From a virus (Duplodnaviria > Heunggongvirae > Uroviricota > Caudoviricetes): a DNA stretch of 8,564 nucleotides. Below the pieces are notes generated by a model. That model made no database searches. It was not told the origin of the DNA and saw only the letters and a program-made list of their open reading frames with translations. The stretch spans positions 1 through 8,564 of IMG/VR virus record IMGVR_UViG_2695420596_000003; one strand, given 5' to 3'. Position numbers and translations under genes: made by a program. Below are positions 7,939-8,564 of this stretch, one piece after another (position 1 is the first letter of the stretch; each line of letters opens with the position of its first letter).

Positions 7939-8001
7939 CATAAATAGCGAAAACCCGCGAGGTCGCCGCCCCGTAACCTGTCGGATCGCCGGAAAGGACC
8001 C
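7939..8001 (-). other. cos: Cohesive-end site cos (cosN 12-nt overhang at 7960-7971, flanking cosQ/cosB-proximal sequence)
   Basis: Reverse complement of 7939-7971 reads GGGCGGCGACCTCGCGGGTTTTCGCTATTTATGA, identical to the first 33 nt of the lambda left end as remembered. 7972-8001 (reverse complement GGGTCCTTTCCGGCGATCCGACAGGTTACG) matches the lambda right end. Confidence 0.85.
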
Positions 8002-8008
8002 ACGAAAA

Positions 8009-8023
8009 TGATAATAATTATCA
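8009..8023. promoter_or_regulatory. Perfect 7-1-7 palindrome TGATAATAATTATCA matching the Fur-box consensus TGATAATnATTATCA
   Basis: Read directly from the sequence; the inverted repeat extends to 8-1-8 (ATGATAAT A ATTATCAT, 8008-8024). Lies in the divergent intergenic region between cos and the YlcI-like gene. Confidence 0.35.
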
Positions 8024-8178
8024 TCTACATGAGGTTTATCACGACATGTGTGTACGCCATCAAACCACGAGAAATAATCAATTATTACGCAGGTATCGTA
8101 TTAATTGATCTGCATCAAATTAGCGTAAAAGCAACTTCAGATAATACAAATCAGCAACACTGAATACGGGGCAACATT

Positions 8179-8403
8179 ATGTCATCAAAGAACAGAACCC
8201 GCAGAACAACAACCCGCAACATCCGATTTCCAAACCAGATAATTGAACAAATTAACATCGCTCTTGACCTGAAAGGTTCAGGTAATTTTTCAGCGTGGGT
8301 TATTGAAGCCTGCAGAAGAAGATTAATTAATGAAAAATATTCTCAATTTGTACCCAACAAAGACAAACACGACCAGAGCACCTGTTCAGACAGGTTTACT
8401 TAA
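8179..8403 (+). CDS. Small YlcI/YnfO-family (DUF3950-like) prophage protein, possible DNA-binding protein
   Basis: 74-aa ORF MSSKNRTRRTTTRNIRFPNQIIEQINIALDLKGSGNFSAWVIEACRRRL..., transcribed divergently from Nu1 across cos, the same arrangement as ylcI/nohD and ynfO/nohA in E. coli K-12 cryptic prophages (from memory). Weak SD (ACGGGG) upstream; terminator downstream. Confidence 0.6.
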   Translation: MSSKNRTRRTTTRNIRFPNQIIEQINIALDLKGSGNFSAWVIEACRRRLINEKYSQFVPNKDKHDQSTCSDRFT

Positions 8404-8422
8404 ACGACTTATATATGACACA

Positions 8423-8450
8423 AAAAGCGACCACTAAAGTCGCTTTTTCT
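8423..8450 (+). terminator. Putative rho-independent terminator after the YlcI-like gene
   Basis: Stem aaaagcgac (8423-8431) / gtcgctttt (8439-8447) with a 7-nt loop; T-run 8444-8448 followed by CTTAT. Flanking A- and T-runs could allow bidirectional function. Confidence 0.5.
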
Positions 8451-8564
8451 TATGGTAACAGGCAATAACTCTCTCAGATATTTTTTAGCATTTTTTTGAC
8501 CGCGCGTTTCCGGACGTATTCTGTTCTCCTGTCCCTTTATATCGTCGGAATACCCGCCGCTCTT

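Noticed and set aside
8103-8118. Short inverted repeat TTGAT-ctgc-ATCAA upstream of the YlcI-like gene
   Set aside because: Only 5-bp arms in AT-rich DNA, which is expected by chance; not reported as an operator.
7745-8178. Possible CRISPR array, tRNA or integrase/att site in the AT-rich intergenic region
   Set aside because: No regularly spaced direct repeats and no tRNA-like cloverleaf were found. The region is explained by cos (identical to the lambda ends) and the divergent promoter region.
8409-8564. Open minus-strand frame entering from the window end (51 codons, stop at 8409-8411)
   Set aside because: No recognisable similarity, and it would contain the terminator hairpin at 8423-8450. 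It could be the 3' end of a real convergent gene that starts outside the window, but this cannot be supported from 51 codons.

Overview
This window is the decayed end of a lambda-like (cos-type) prophage, with the late-gene block on the minus strand. All homology calls come from reading the translations against remembered phage lambda proteins; no search was run. Reading from high to low coordinates: a small YlcI/YnfO-like gene (+, 8179-8403) diverges from a conserved cos site (cosN 7960-7971), followed by a Nu1-like terminase small subunit (-). A deletion scar then fuses a ~10-codon stub of the terminase large subunit to the last ~82 codons of tape-measure gene H. Downstream are intact M, L, K and I, then a sodC (periplasmic Cu/Zn superoxide dismutase) cargo gene on the opposite strand with its own terminators, a shortened J (795 aa, apparently an in-frame internal deletion), lom, and the 5' 660 nt of stf running off the window. 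No capsid, portal, terminase large subunit, major tail or intact tape-measure genes are present, so the element looks cryptic. I do not see a convincing candidate for a novel defence or other undescribed system. The points most worth a second look are the two deletion scars, the sodC insertion between I and J, a perfect Fur-box-like palindrome beside cos, and a possible small-RNA locus between sodC and I.
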